Positions 1 through 11,839 of a stretch of 64,000 nt of DNA are shown piece after piece. This DNA comes from Podarcis gaigeae (Eukaryota). The notes beneath the pieces were generated by a model that was given only the letters and a program-made list of their open reading frames with translations, had not been told where the DNA came from and ran no database searches. The stretch lies in NCBI GenBank assembly GCA_964106915.2, contig OZ066916.1; one strand, given 5' to 3'. The position numbers and the translations under genes were made by a program. Within the stretch, counting starts at the first letter, position 1. Every line of letters begins with the position of its first letter.

Positions 1-357
1 AATAAAGATTCTCCCCAAGTTTGGTCTGGTGCTGGGAAATAGAAATGAAGCCAAATGCGATTTTGCCCACCTTCCTCTACCTTGCACTCCTTCCTGAGTC
101 CCGCCTTCACCTCCCACAGGTGCAACAACTCATGGCTTCCCAGCAACTCAGAAAGTAACTTTGTTAGGGGGGAGAAGAACTGGTATACCATACATGCTTT
201 TTCAGATAAGTTAACACCATGACATTTTCTCCTGTAAAATGGTATGTCCAGGTTGGGGAGGGGGGCCATACAACTCTTTCCATTTCAACAACAGCAATGA
301 AAATCAAACAGTTGTTAAAGATTTAAATCCACACCAATTTGCTTTTCGCCACTATAC

Positions 358-968
358 CTTGTTTGAGCTTCAGATACAACAGATACTTCTTTTTTCTTTT
401 TCTTCTTTTTGCTCACTTCATTATTCAGTGCCATTTCCTGGCTTTGAACATTGGGGGTGAATTCAGACATCTGTTCTTTAAGTTTCTTTTTTATTTTCTT
501 CTTAATTGCATTTGCTTCTTCCTCAGCCACTTGCTGCTCATAGGCTTGAATTAGCTGCTCTTCCTCATCTAATTCAGATCTCCCTCTCATTCCATTCAAG
601 GCACTTTTTATGTGGCCGTCCCCCTTTTGATGAAATGCATCTGCCTCTAACACACTTTTTGTTTTTTTCTTTGAAAAAACATGAATCTGTTTTTCAGAAC
701 TGTCCAACTTAGTTTCACGTAGGTTTTCCTCCTCATTAAGTTGTTCGTGTAACACTGTCTTTTTCTTCTTCTTATTAGACGTTGTTTGCACGCTTTCCTC
801 TCCACTAACAACATTATTATTTATTTTTTCTGCAACTGAGGCTTTGTGTCTGAGCTTGCTTTTTGTAATCCGTGGACTCCTTTCCTCTGGGTTATAAGTA
901 TCATTTATAATTACCTCATCATTTTCACTTTCTTGGGTAATGCCAAGATGATTTTTAAATGTTTCAAG
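358..968 (-). CDS. AHI1: AHI1 (Jouberin) third coding exon, 611 nt, N-terminal coiled-coil/lysine-rich region; gene continues off the left edge
   Basis: Acceptor ttttgtcttgattgtag| and donor AG|gtatag. Translation LETFKNHLGITQESENDE...ELDEEEQLIQAYEQQVAEEEANAIKKKIKKKLKEQMSEF...KKKKEVSVVSEAQT resembles human AHI1 [36 protein letters not shown]...KKKKEVPVFSKAET. Phase is compatible with the upstream exon. Confidence 0.93.
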
Positions 969-1928
969 CTACAATCAAGACAAAAACACTGAAAAGTCAG
1001 CCCCCTCTTATATAATTATAAGCATATGTATTATAATATTAATATTTTGGTACATTATTAGTTTTATCGCATGCACTGAAGTTTTAAATGAGTCTTAATT
1101 GTTTTATGTAGCAACCAACAGATGGAATTCATATGAAACATGAAAAGATTCTAGATTTGACCAAGCTTTTAATATATTATTCAAAGCTTGTTTTAAGAAA
1201 AAATCCCTCAAATGTATTCTAGAGTATTTGGAAAATTGGCCCACCAGTATGGCGTTATATGTTGTTAAAATAAACGTTACTGAGAGGAGGAGGGTGTACA
1301 GATCTAGTGTAACTGAAATAATATTTAACAAAATGTCCTCATGATAAAAATGTAAGAAATGATTGTAAGCAAGATCTTTTAAAAATTCTGCCTAACAAAC
1401 CATTTAAAGAGATATTTCCAAATTGTAATTTGGCCATTAAATTAGTATAATTGTATGTGTAGTAACTCACTGCGGTTTCCTGAACCAAATGTACAGAGTG
1501 TGACACACAGAACTTAGATATCTGCGTAAAGTACTAGTACCCTTTCCCCCTCAATATAAGCATCAATAAAGACATATATTAAAATGATAATTAAAGAGCT
1601 TTTCTTTTCACATTCACAGAACCTCCTTTATGTATGGAAAAGGACAAATAAGTATAGTGAGCCACTTCCACTACCAACAGCGTAATAGTAAAAGAAACAG
1701 CCGTCATGAATTTGAAGGCCGTGCTTTTCTAAATCATGAGATTGAAGTGCTGGTATTTGTAACCCCAAGGCTGCAACAATTTCTGCTTTCCGAAAGAAAT
1801 TAACTGCAAAGAACAGTCCACTTTTCTTCATACTTCTTAAGGAATTGAGCATGAGACACTAAGTTTTGCTCTTTTTAAACCTTTCTGCCAAGACAGGCAA
1901 ACAAAGTTTCATAGAGTAGACAACTCAC

Positions 1929-2050
1929 CACAATGTTCTCTGGTGTGCCTAATGCTTTCTTCTTCAATTTCTTTTTATCTGCTAGGTCAGCATGGCTCTT
2001 GAATATTTCCTCAAAACGAACCTTGGTTTTTGCCTTGGCTTCACTCTCCA
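1929..2050 (-). CDS. AHI1: AHI1 second coding exon (122 nt)
   Basis: Acceptor tttgaccttttcag| and donor GTG|gtgagt. Encodes (V)[40 protein letters not shown] versus human [32 protein letters not shown]. Confidence 0.95.
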
Positions 2051-2790
2051 CTGAAAAGGTCAAACAGCAGTTTTGTCACTTTCATTAGCTTATTAGCTCA
2101 AAATGGCTGTCACAGCCCAGTTATCAGCTTCCATTCATGCCAAAGGTGAACCCAAGGTCCCTGCAGATGTTCTTCCTTCCCCTGCTGAAAATAGGTCTGA
2201 AAAGGGGCTTTCTTAGAACCGCAGAGGTTTCATTACAATCCACAATCCATTTATTTATTAATAAATAAACAAATAATTCTATCAATAGAAAAGGTTGTAG
2301 TGTGTGCTTGGTCGCTGTGTGCGGTGCTGACAATAGTGTTTCCTGTCAGAAACAGGCCCCAAAAAGTTGGTGATCCCTGATAATATGAGCCCATGACTCC
2401 TGCTAGCCATAGAAAACAAGAACAAATACCCTGTTTCCAATCTGCCAAACCTCATTGTAAAAAGCCTAAGTGCTGATTGGCAGGGTGGATCTGCAATTCC
2501 ATTTCTGCTAAGAGTTAAAGAAGCAGACACTGTGGTGATAATACTGCCGATTCTTTCCTTGCGAACTAGCTACTGCATCACAATGCAGACATGAATGCAT
2601 ATCAACATGCACTACGAGTTGCTGTCAGGGTCTTTGGGTGTACAGTTATCATCTCTGGAACAGGACCCAGGTCTGCAATGCTAGAAATACTAATCAGTAA
2701 CAAAAACCCTTCTTTACACAGATAAAATTTAACAGTAAATGGTTCATACAATGCAAAAAGTAAAATTACTATAGCACATATACTACATAC

Positions 2791-2800
2791 CTGCTGGCAT
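2791..2800 (-). CDS. AHI1: AHI1 start-codon exon, coding part ATGCCAGCAG (whole exon 2791-2847 including 5' UTR)
   Basis: Acceptor gttttctttgcag| at 2848-2849 and donor CAG|gtatgt. ATG CCA GCA G + TG GAG gives MPAVES, matching human MPTAES; 10+122 nt gives phase 0 into the next exon. Confidence 0.9.
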
Positions 2801-5459
2801 TTTCATGACCCTCAAAGGCAACTCAACACATTTCACTTTTCTTCATTCTGCAAAGAAAACCAGAATATGTTATAGGACAGTAACACTGAGAAAGACAACT
2901 ATCAGTGAACAATCTAACACAAACTATCAGACACAACGTGAAAAGGTGTTGCAGGCTTATTAACGTTGGTTAATATGCAATGGTGACGATCATCTTATAG
3001 GAAAAGGGGAGACTTAATCACCCTCCCAACTTCATTTTACTACACCTTCTAAATCTACTCCAAAGGGCCATTTCTGGAAGAGATTTAAGGGTAGCACAGG
3101 GTGCTGAAGGGTGGGGAGACAGGAGAATGGCTGAAAACTGCCTGCCTCCCTGTTCAGCTGACAAATTCTCTACTATCAGTGGACACTCATACTTGAACAT
3201 CACCCCTTGTTCATGATGTTTGAACTATCAGCCATTCAATATTTTTATTGTATTTTTTCACTTTACATTAAGGATGAAGCAAGTACTTAATTTTATCAAC
3301 AGCAAGCCTAGGATCCAAAGGACTGTTTAATGAATTCTTCAATAGACTCAAGTTTGAAAGGGACACGAGTCTCTTCAACTACAGACCCCCATGCTACTTG
3401 CCAAAGATTTCTAAAACATGAGAATTGAAAACCTCCATTAGGAGGAAGAGTGGGATATAAAATTTAAAAATAAAACAAATAGAAGTTTGGTATTACAGCA
3501 TGGGTTGACAGGAATATCCTGTTTAAAATCCTAATCTCCCTCAATGGACAATAGCCCTAGCTCACCTAAATTGGCTCTCTGGATCCTAAATTGTGTAAAG
3601 TTTTCTTCTTTTAATTAAACAACTCACTGTTTAAAGCTTGATTTACAAGACAGTCCTATAGTCCAAAGCAGAGTTCATTGTGCTTTACTCTCAGAAAATG
3701 GGTATAGAGTTGTAGACTTATTCTATGTAAACTAAATATCTAAAAGCAGAACCCATGGAAGCAAAAATGTGGTTTAAGGTTTATTCTCTGTGAATTGGTC
3801 CATAAGAAGGCCCACAGAAATCACCATCAAGAAAAAATATCTACGGCTGGAGGGAAGCCAGTAAGACAGATAACCAGTAAGCAAAATTCTCAGACCTAAC
3901 GCAGCAGCAACTGGTTAAACCTAATCAACCAGGTCCCCTTAATGACTTCTAAAATAATGTCTTAACTAATCAGCCAGCAACATTTTGATGCACTAACAGA
4001 TACACCAGTGCAGTGCACTACACTAAGTCTGAATTAAAGTGCAGAAGAATATAATGAATAGTGTTACAAAACTTCAGTGATGCCATATACACACTACTGC
4101 AAATGTTTAAAACTGTAGTGGCAGGTAGAGCGCCTATGCTAGTTTCAGTGCCTTCGGTGATTGCCCAAAATTCTTATTTGCTTCAAATACATTTCTAGGT
4201 CATTGTGCCTGGGGTTATGCACACTTTGCCTCAGAATAATTAACTGGCATAATAAGTACAAGAAGACAGGGAGAGGAAAGCTAGACATGAATTCTCTGAA
4301 TTCGTGCAATCTCATGTTTGGTTTTCCAAAGGTTCTAGCCCCACCTGCTGAAGATTTGGTGCAATAATTTATAGTTTATATAAATGAGTTCACTGCATCT
4401 GACAAATGTTGAACATGGCACCCCACTATAACCAGCTGATCTTCAAGCACCAAAAAAACCAGCCTGCATACAAATTCTACATGCTCACATGTAGTGTGGG
4501 AGAGCTCTCAACAGAAAGAAAACACTACACCTGTAGCTTAGCCACCAGGAATGCTCCCTTGCTGTAGCTTAACCATTTGCTCTACAGAAGTGCTTGCTGT
4601 GATGTAATCCTATACCATGCCCATCCTAAAATCCTGCCTAGCATGTGCAACCAAATAATTATGACTTAGCACAATTTATCATGTAATTTGGTTAATGCAT
4701 TGGCCAAAAAGGGCTTCAGAAACATGGGCAGTCTATACTACTGCTTGCCTCACACCTCCTGGCTACCCTCGCTGCGCATTTATGTGCTATGTAGTGTTTG
4801 AAGTCAGTATACATGTCACGGCCACTGCACAGAAGCTGCTTTGTGCAAGTCCTCATGGTAGCTGTTATCAGTGGTAGGTTGTTCAGGTGAAGCAGTCTAT
4901 CATGTGATTACAGTTGTTACTTTCACAACAGTGGAAATGATTGTTTCTGTGTGCTATTTGGGTGTGGGGAGTCTGCATAAGTGTGAAAACCCAACTCAGA
5001 TGTCTCCTGGGCTCATTCACTTCAAACAGCTATGCCTTAGAGCAGTGAACCACTCCACATGAATAGCTTTTTGTGTAAGAAGTTGTGAAAGAATGACTCT
5101 AGTGCACTAGCAACATTCACGAGGGACAGATGGGACTTAATTGCCGACTGGCACAGGCCAGCCTGTGACACTACACCTGCCGCATGGAAGCTGCATTTAA
5201 TTCTGTGGAGACAGGCCAGTGCAACTGTCAGAGTTGACTATGACACCAGTGCAGTGCCACAAACTAACACAGGCTACATTAAAACCGAGCTTAATAAAAT
5301 GGCCCACCACTTGCAAGGTTAACCGTTGCCCTTCTAGAAGGGAGGACTGACAGGCTGGGTCCAGAGTTTTAAACGCCTCTTTGGCAGGGAGGGGTAGTCT
5401 CGGCCACCTTAAATGAAGCAGCTGTTAGGATCATTCCTGAAGAATGCTTCCTTCAACCC

Positions 5460-6389
5460 TGTGAAGAAATCTTGCTTATTTGAATTCAGTTTAAATGTGG
5501 ATTGGATTCTGTCATTTGTATGGTAATGTGCATTGTAATGTTTAATGCGGGGAGTCCTGTCTGGCCAGGTGGAAGTTGGTTCAACTGTCTCTGGGGGGCT
5601 TTAACTGACAACTCAGGAGCGGTTAGAGATAGAGTTCTCAATATGCAAAAGAAGCAGTGTTCTGGCTGGTGGCTGCAGGGTTAGAATTTTCTGTTAGACC
5701 ATGTGATTGGCTGGGGCTGGACTGGAGGGCAAGAAGTGTACTGTATATATGGCTGGGTGCTAGTCAGCTAGAAGTCAGTCTGTGCTGGTCAGTGAAGGAG
5801 TTCATGGTGCACTGCCCGAAGACTGCAGAGGAAGAGGCTTGAGAAAGAATACGTACAAGAAATGCAGTGTCTTGGTGGCAAAAGACTTGTTGGGGTATCT
5901 GAATCACTTGGGTCAGGCATAAGAGATGAGGAGAGAACAGCGCTGAGCAAGAAGTAGTGAGAGGCAGTTGCATTGCCAGGCTTTTGCACTGGTAGGCTTC
6001 AGCAAAAGTCCTCACTTACAGTGTTGGTGAGGCTTAACTGTGGTGGAGTAAATACAAAGGCAATTGGGCAAAAAGTTTTAATAAGGTTCGCCAAAGCTAC
6101 AGTTAATTAACAAGGAAAGTGTATGTCAATTTAAAGAGACTGTACTATGTTAAAGTAACCACATAAGCTTGTACGCTACATAATCTTGTAATAAACAAAC
6201 AATATATTTCCTAAATAGAGTAGATATATCTGTCTGGCTTTATATCACAGTTAGCAGGTTATTGGCAAGTTAAGGGTGAAAAGGGTCCAAGTTATATTAA
6301 ATGGTGGGAGCGGAACAGATTTAGGAAAACCATTGAAGTTGGATTTTGTTAATAAAATAAGTAAGGAAATATCCTGTTCTCTTGCCACA
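5460..6389 (+). mobile_element. Probable solo LTR (Gypsy/ERV-like) in an AHI1 5'-UTR intron; left boundary uncertain (5460 or 5510)
   Basis: Ends in ...TTGCCACA like the solo LTR at 11368. Internal gattgg CCAAT box, TATA-like tatatat and AATAAA. GATTC precedes TG at 5510 and follows the terminal CA (possible 5-bp TSD). Confidence 0.5.
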
Positions 6390-6641
6390 GATTCAAAGGA
6401 TCCTCACTGGACCCAACCAGCCAGTTGCAAAGATCCTTTTCTTCGGCAAGTTGTGCAGAGGTCACCTGCATATATGGAGTTGGGTGTCATTGATCTGATG
6501 ATGACACCCAGGTTTAACTGTCTTTTGCAGGTAAGTCAGAAAAGGTGCTGAACCAGTGTCTGGGAATAGCAGTGGACCAGACCTGGGTGGATGTAGCAGC
6601 CAAGTAATTCTGTTGTCCCTGAGAGGGGGCAATGACAATAA

Positions 6642-6685
<44 letters not shown>
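6642..6685. repeat. (AAT)n microsatellite
   Basis: Direct reading of the sequence. Confidence 0.95.
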
Positions 6686-6688
<3 letters not shown>

Positions 6689-7638
6689 CTTGTCTAACAA
6701 GTGTGATGGTGTTCAGCAACTATGAAAGGGAATGTATACTCCTTAAAAGGATTCGATGTGAATTCTGGAAGTGCTACTAGATTTACCTTTACCTCTTAAG
6801 GGTCAGAAAGCATTAGGCGCACAAAGAGCCTTCTGTGGGCAGAGGCTGATATACAAACTATAACTCTCCTAAAAAGAGATGACCTAGCCACAGTTATCTA
6901 TGTTCTGTTAACCTCACCACTGGACTATTACAAGATGTTTTACCTGGGGCTGCTTCAGATTGGAAATTGCAGCTAATCTAGAAAACTTTTAGGTTTAAAA
7001 CTGTAGCCTTTCTAGAAGACTTTTAGCCCAACCACTGCCAACTCTGCCTCTGCCCACTGCTAATATAAGGCATCCAAAAGATTATTTCAGAGGAATGCGG
7101 CCCTCAGTATAAGGTTCCACCCCCTGCCATAAAGGAAGGAGGGGATATAAAGCTGCCCTTAGATATCAAGATTTAGAACTTATGTCTTGTATCTTGATGT
7201 AAAACTGCCAACGTTTCATAACAAGAACTAATTACACGATATATAAGCAAAGATCTAAACATTGCATATCTACATTGTTTGTATTCAAAACCGATGATGT
7301 GCAAGGAAAAAATTGTTATGGAAAATTTTCCATTTGAAACAAAACATTTTTATTTAACAATTTTTTATTTAACAAATCAGTGACATAAAGAATGTATACA
7401 AAGAATGGAAGCTCAGTCAGCTTCAAAGTTGATCTTAACTTTTTTTCCCAAGCATCTTTGGGCATGATAAAATCATGTTCATAACAGTTTGCAATATCTT
7501 CACTTTGTTCTTCAAATTAAAACAATATAATGAAAATGTATGCTTGTGAGTTATACTGTCTTAACAGTAAAAAAGTATAAAAAATAAATAAGTATTCCAA
7601 TGAAAATAATTTCCAGATAAAGTTTTGATTGTGTTTCA

Positions 7639-7692
7639 ATATCATATCATATCATATCATATCACATCATATCATATCATATCATATCATAT
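7639..7692. repeat. (ATATC)n pentanucleotide microsatellite
   Basis: Direct reading; one ACATC variant unit. Confidence 0.95.
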
Positions 7693-8038
7693 ACCGGTAA
7701 TATAATCCACATTCAGAATACTTTTTAAATTTTTCCTCTAATTAAATATTTCTGTTCAAATACTTCTAGGTGTTAGAAATTTTATTTTAGATTTACACAT
7801 GACTTTTTTTTACTTAAAAAGATATAATGGTTAATACAGTTAGTCCTTTCCATCACAAAGATATCATGCAGAGTTAAGCCATCATCTTCCTGAATACCCT
7901 GTGCAGACTGTTACTGTTGTCTTCTGCCTTAAGGATTTTAACAATTATATGGCTACCTACTGTATGCATTACTCTTCCCTACATTTTTAATTAATGTCAA
8001 CAAAAGCAATTAAGGATGGAATACTATATTGCACTTAC

Positions 8039-8062
8039 CACTGAACTGAACCGGACTTATTT
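8039..8062 (-). other. Candidate 24-nt non-coding 5'-UTR microexon of AHI1
   Basis: Minus strand reads atcctatcctttattcag|AAATAAGTCCGGTTCAGTTCAGTG|gtaagt: a pyrimidine-rich acceptor and a consensus donor 24 nt apart, between the promoter and the ATG exon. Confidence 0.45.
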
Positions 8063-9078
8063 CTGAATAAAGGATAGGATTACACAGTGTGCCTTATATG
8101 TATTAGCAATGCAGTTGGATTAAGCAACAAACAAGACAAACGTCAATGGAGAGGGAAAGAGTGTAAATATAGTCCTTTAAGCAACCTGAATAAGATAAGG
8201 ATGTTCACTAATTGTAATCCCATCTCTAAATAGAAATGATTTCATCATTCAACTCAAATAGGCAGAAGAAAGTGATGTTTCCAGTGCAGGAATTGCCGAA
8301 TGCAGATTGTATTATAAAAACACAAATAAAAATGGCATACATATTTCCCCTAATAGTTGAAAAGCTGCCTTTAGAATAATTTGCCATTCCACATAATGTA
8401 TACAGTATAGTAAAGAAGGAATGGATGCACATATGCCCATCTTTTATAGATTTTCATTTTGATATATTTTCTGACATCTAGATAACATTGAAATATGTTA
8501 TAGTTCTTGTCTGATTCCATGCACTGTCATTTGCATCTTTAACAAGACACAAGGTAGCATCATATTTCATGTGATTCTTAAGTAATTTTACTTAAATATA
8601 TTTAAAATATATTGTATCCTTATCTGTAATTATTCTCAATTATCTCACTATTCCCTTTAGTCTAACACCATTCCCTTTAGTCTAACTACACATGAAACAG
8701 ATTAGAACTGGCTAATTTCAAAGGCCACAGCTCCCCCCATCAAATGAGTTTCAGAACTAAGCAAGGATTTAAAGCTGATCTTCCTTGCTACATCCAACCC
8801 CAACTGTCAACTACGTAGCACATCGTGGAATCATTATTGTCACTGGTGCGGTTTGGGATTGCTAGTAGACTATGGACACGAAGTCAGTTCACAGCCATAG
8901 GGAGAGAGATAATGACACTCATTATTTTCCACACTCTTCAATGGAAGTTACCCCTCCGCATAGGATTGCTATTAAGGAGAACTGACATCCCTAGGCACAT
9001 CTGTGTAGGAGCGTTAACTCCAGATTTAAAGCTCTTTCTTGCATAGGATCAAGCCCTACTGGATCCCAGAGGGACTTA

Positions 9079-9440
9079 GGTAAAGGTAAAGGTACCCCTG
9101 CCCGTACGGGCCAGTCTTGACAGACTCTGGGATTGTGCGCCCATCTCACTTAAGAGGCCAGGGGCCAGCGCTGTCTGGAGACACTTCCGGGTCACGTGGC
9201 CAGCGTGACAAAGCTGCATCTGGCGAGCCAGAGCCGCACACGGAAACGCCGTTTACCTTCCCGCTGGTAAGCGGTCCCTATTTATCTACTTGCACCCGGA
9301 GGTGCTTTCGAACTGCTAGGTTGGCAGGCGCTGGGACCGAGCAGCGGGAGCGCACCCCGCCGCAGGGATTCGAACCGCCGACCTTTCGATCGGCAAGTCC
9401 TAGGCGCTGAGGCTTTAACCCACAGCGCCACCTGCGTCCC
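9079..9440 (-). mobile_element. Sauria SINE, full length, young
   Basis: Minus strand has a tRNA-like head GGGACGCAGGTGGCGCTGTGGGTTAAA...GGTTCGAATCCC and an (ACCTTT)n tail. Flanked by a 15-bp duplication TCCCAGAGGGACTTA (9064-9078 and 9437-9451). Confidence 0.92.
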
Positions 9441-9451
9441 AGAGGGACTTA

Positions 9452-10830
9452 CTTCCGAGTAAATACTTCGGACCACCCCCGAGCAGAGGCGATCCTGGCA
9501 TCGCGTTGCGCTAAAGTGGGAAGCACTACGAATTCAAACACCAAAGAAAAAGGGAGCTTCATGGGGCATCGTCAATTCTTAAGTTTCTCTAGCCCACTCC
9601 ATATTTAAGCAACGCGGAGAGGAGAGCGCAGCCCTTAATAACGGCCACAACCGAAATCACTGGGTTTGATTCACATTTTGAGCTCCCTTCTTTCTCGAGC
9701 CAAGGCGATGCTACTGTAGTCCCGCCCTCGCACTCCGCCTCAGCCAATCGGCGCTGCTTTCGGAAGAGGCGCGCACGCCCAGCTCCCTCCTCCTCTTCAA
9801 GGTACATGCTCCGTCTCCTAACAGGACCTCATTCTGTCATAGGTGAACCACGGGAGATGTAGTGCTGGCTGGAGGTTGCTGGGACTCGTAGTCTTCTTGC
9901 ATTCCTCGCTTACTCTGTTCTCCCCCCCTCACACGCCCCTCAGGTTTCTCCGTTAGGAACCGCCTGGGCGCTGGCTGCCGTTCCGCTAACGGAAAAGAAC
10001 GCAGAGGCCGCCGGTAGCTTTGTGGGAGGAACCGCTGGCGCTGTGAGGCGGCAGGCAGCGCGCTAAAGCCGTTGGGAGCCCACCCGCCTCCGTGGCAGTT
10101 GCCCGCCGGCGGCTGAAGATGATGCGTGGAAGCTGCGTGCTATGAAGGCCTCCCTCCGCCCCTCGCCTATTCGCCACAGTTCTGAATTGGAAATAACCGC
10201 CCTCAGGAGTCCCCTCCCGCTTAGAATGTCGGCCGCGCCTTGGCCGCCCTCGGGAGAGACGAAGCCCCCATACAGAGGCCGCCTACGCTTCTTTTTTTCG
10301 GGTGGGGGCGAAGGTAGCTTTGCGCCGCCATCTCCCCCCTCCCAACCAGACACGTAGCGGGTCCTGGTGGGAACCCAGTAAAAAGGGGGAGGGGAGGGGG
10401 TTAGAAACTCACTTCCAACCCTCGATTGCTCCGCGCTGTAATCAACGGCAGCTGCCTACGCCGCCTCCGACTCTGCTGGCTACGTCCGATGCCACCGACG
10501 GCTTCTTCACCCTGCCGGTCAATTGGCCTTCGCTTTCATTCCGTTCCTCGCCTCTTTCGTCACCCCCCTTTGCCCCAAATGGTTTCGCCTCAAACAAGCT
10601 GATGGCTGCCAAGGAAACAAGGGCGCTCGCGGGCGGGCGCGCATGCGCAAACGACGTGGCAAGCTAAGCTAAATGTGCGCTGACTTGAATCTCTCGGTCT
10701 GTCTGCTGCTAATAATGTATGGTTGTTTTGGTAGGTTGTTCGGTACCGGGGAACTACTCACATGGCGTCGTTGGCATGAAAATGTCAGCCCATACTCACC
10801 CCCGATGGGATATTTTTTACCCTTTTCCGG
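9452..10830. promoter_or_regulatory. CpG island / AHI1 promoter, probably bidirectional
   Basis: GC- and CpG-rich unique sequence upstream of the AHI1 ATG exon. GC box 9721, CCAAT 9744, ETS CGGAAG 9761, two ACTAYRNNNCCCR (ZNF143/THAP11-type) motifs at 9851-9863 and 9880-9892 (minus), GC box 10631, NRF1 palindrome GCGCATGCGC 10639-10648. Confidence 0.85.
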
Positions 10831-11034
10831 GGAAAACACAGCAAACTTTATGGAAAGTAAAAGGCAATGCAGACTAAAAAAATAATACAGAAAGGTAGGA
10901 CGCTTTGCAAATCACAATAAAAAAGTTTAAAAGTAAATATTTTTATTGTGGGGGAAATTTCTATCCCACTTTTCCTGTCCACAGTATTTAGGAAACATAA
11001 CAGTATAGGCTTGCCATGTAGGGATTAAAATGCT

Positions 11035-11243
11035 AACTCAGAACTAAGGGAGAAACGTGCCAAGAGGAAGGCCGGCTTAGCAAATCCACACTGTGATCAA
11101 CTCCCACGCGAAAACCTATGTCCGCACTGTGGAAGGACGTGTGGATCCAGAATTGGCCTCCACAGTCACTTACGGACTCTGTTAAAACCCTGTTTATGGA
11201 AGACAATCTTACTTGGCTATGAGTGATTGCCAAAGAAGAAGCA
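11035..11243 (+). mobile_element. RTE-clade LINE, short 3'-terminal fragment
   Basis: Highly similar to 54018-54213, the 3' end of the long RTE copy (CPHCGRTCGSRIGLHSHLRT zinc-finger end); (AAG)n tail. Confidence 0.88.
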
Positions 11244-11367
11244 GCCTCTTGTATATTGAAACATGGTTTTAATAAATAGGCAAACCTAGCAAATACTCAA
11301 GCCAGCTCATGCATTTGGCAACCTAGAAAATTAATGTTCATTAGAGACATTTATTCATATATAATGC

Positions 11368-11839
11368 TGTGGCATTTTCCCTCCTAGGTGTGTGACATCA
11401 TACTGGGTTCATAAGGAAAGGGTTAATTAATTGTAAAATGACTAACCAATGGGAACCCAAGGGGAGGAGTTAGAGTTAGGGTGGTTGAGAAGACAGTCTG
11501 GAGTTAGAGAAGATAAGTCTGGGTTGGGCTAGTCTGGTGTGTGTGAGAGAGAAATTGTTAAGAGGAGTCAAACAGTTGAGATAATCAGTCAGAAGGTATT
11601 AAGAAGGTATAGGCCAGTAAAGAAACTAAAGTTAAGATACTGACAGGAATATTATCTGAGAAACCATGAACTTGTTAATGTTTATAAAATAAACTTGTTT
11701 ATTTGGTTCACTTTTAACAACTGTCGACTCATTGTTTTACCCGAGAGTAACTGGTTGGTGGCAGTGGGGAAGCGAGCACAGTGGTGGCACAGAGATCAAT
11801 AGACTGTTAAACGTCTGGGGACGCTGTGTGATTGCCACA
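11368..11839 (+). mobile_element. Solo LTR (472 bp)
   Basis: Terminal inverted repeats TGTGGCA...TGCCACA, 5-bp TSD AATGC/AATGA (1 mismatch), internal CCAAT and AATAAA. Confidence 0.75.

Noticed and set aside
6462-6780. ORFs with poly-isoleucine runs (also poly-Tyr at 33285-33644 and poly-Ser/Leu at 44851-45242)
   Set aside because: They are translations of (AAT)n, (TAT)n and (CAG)n microsatellites, not genes.
9986-10667. Several overlapping 60-120 aa ORFs in the CpG island
   Set aside because: Stop codons are scarce in GC-rich DNA, there is no recognisable domain, and the AHI1 start codon is at 2800.
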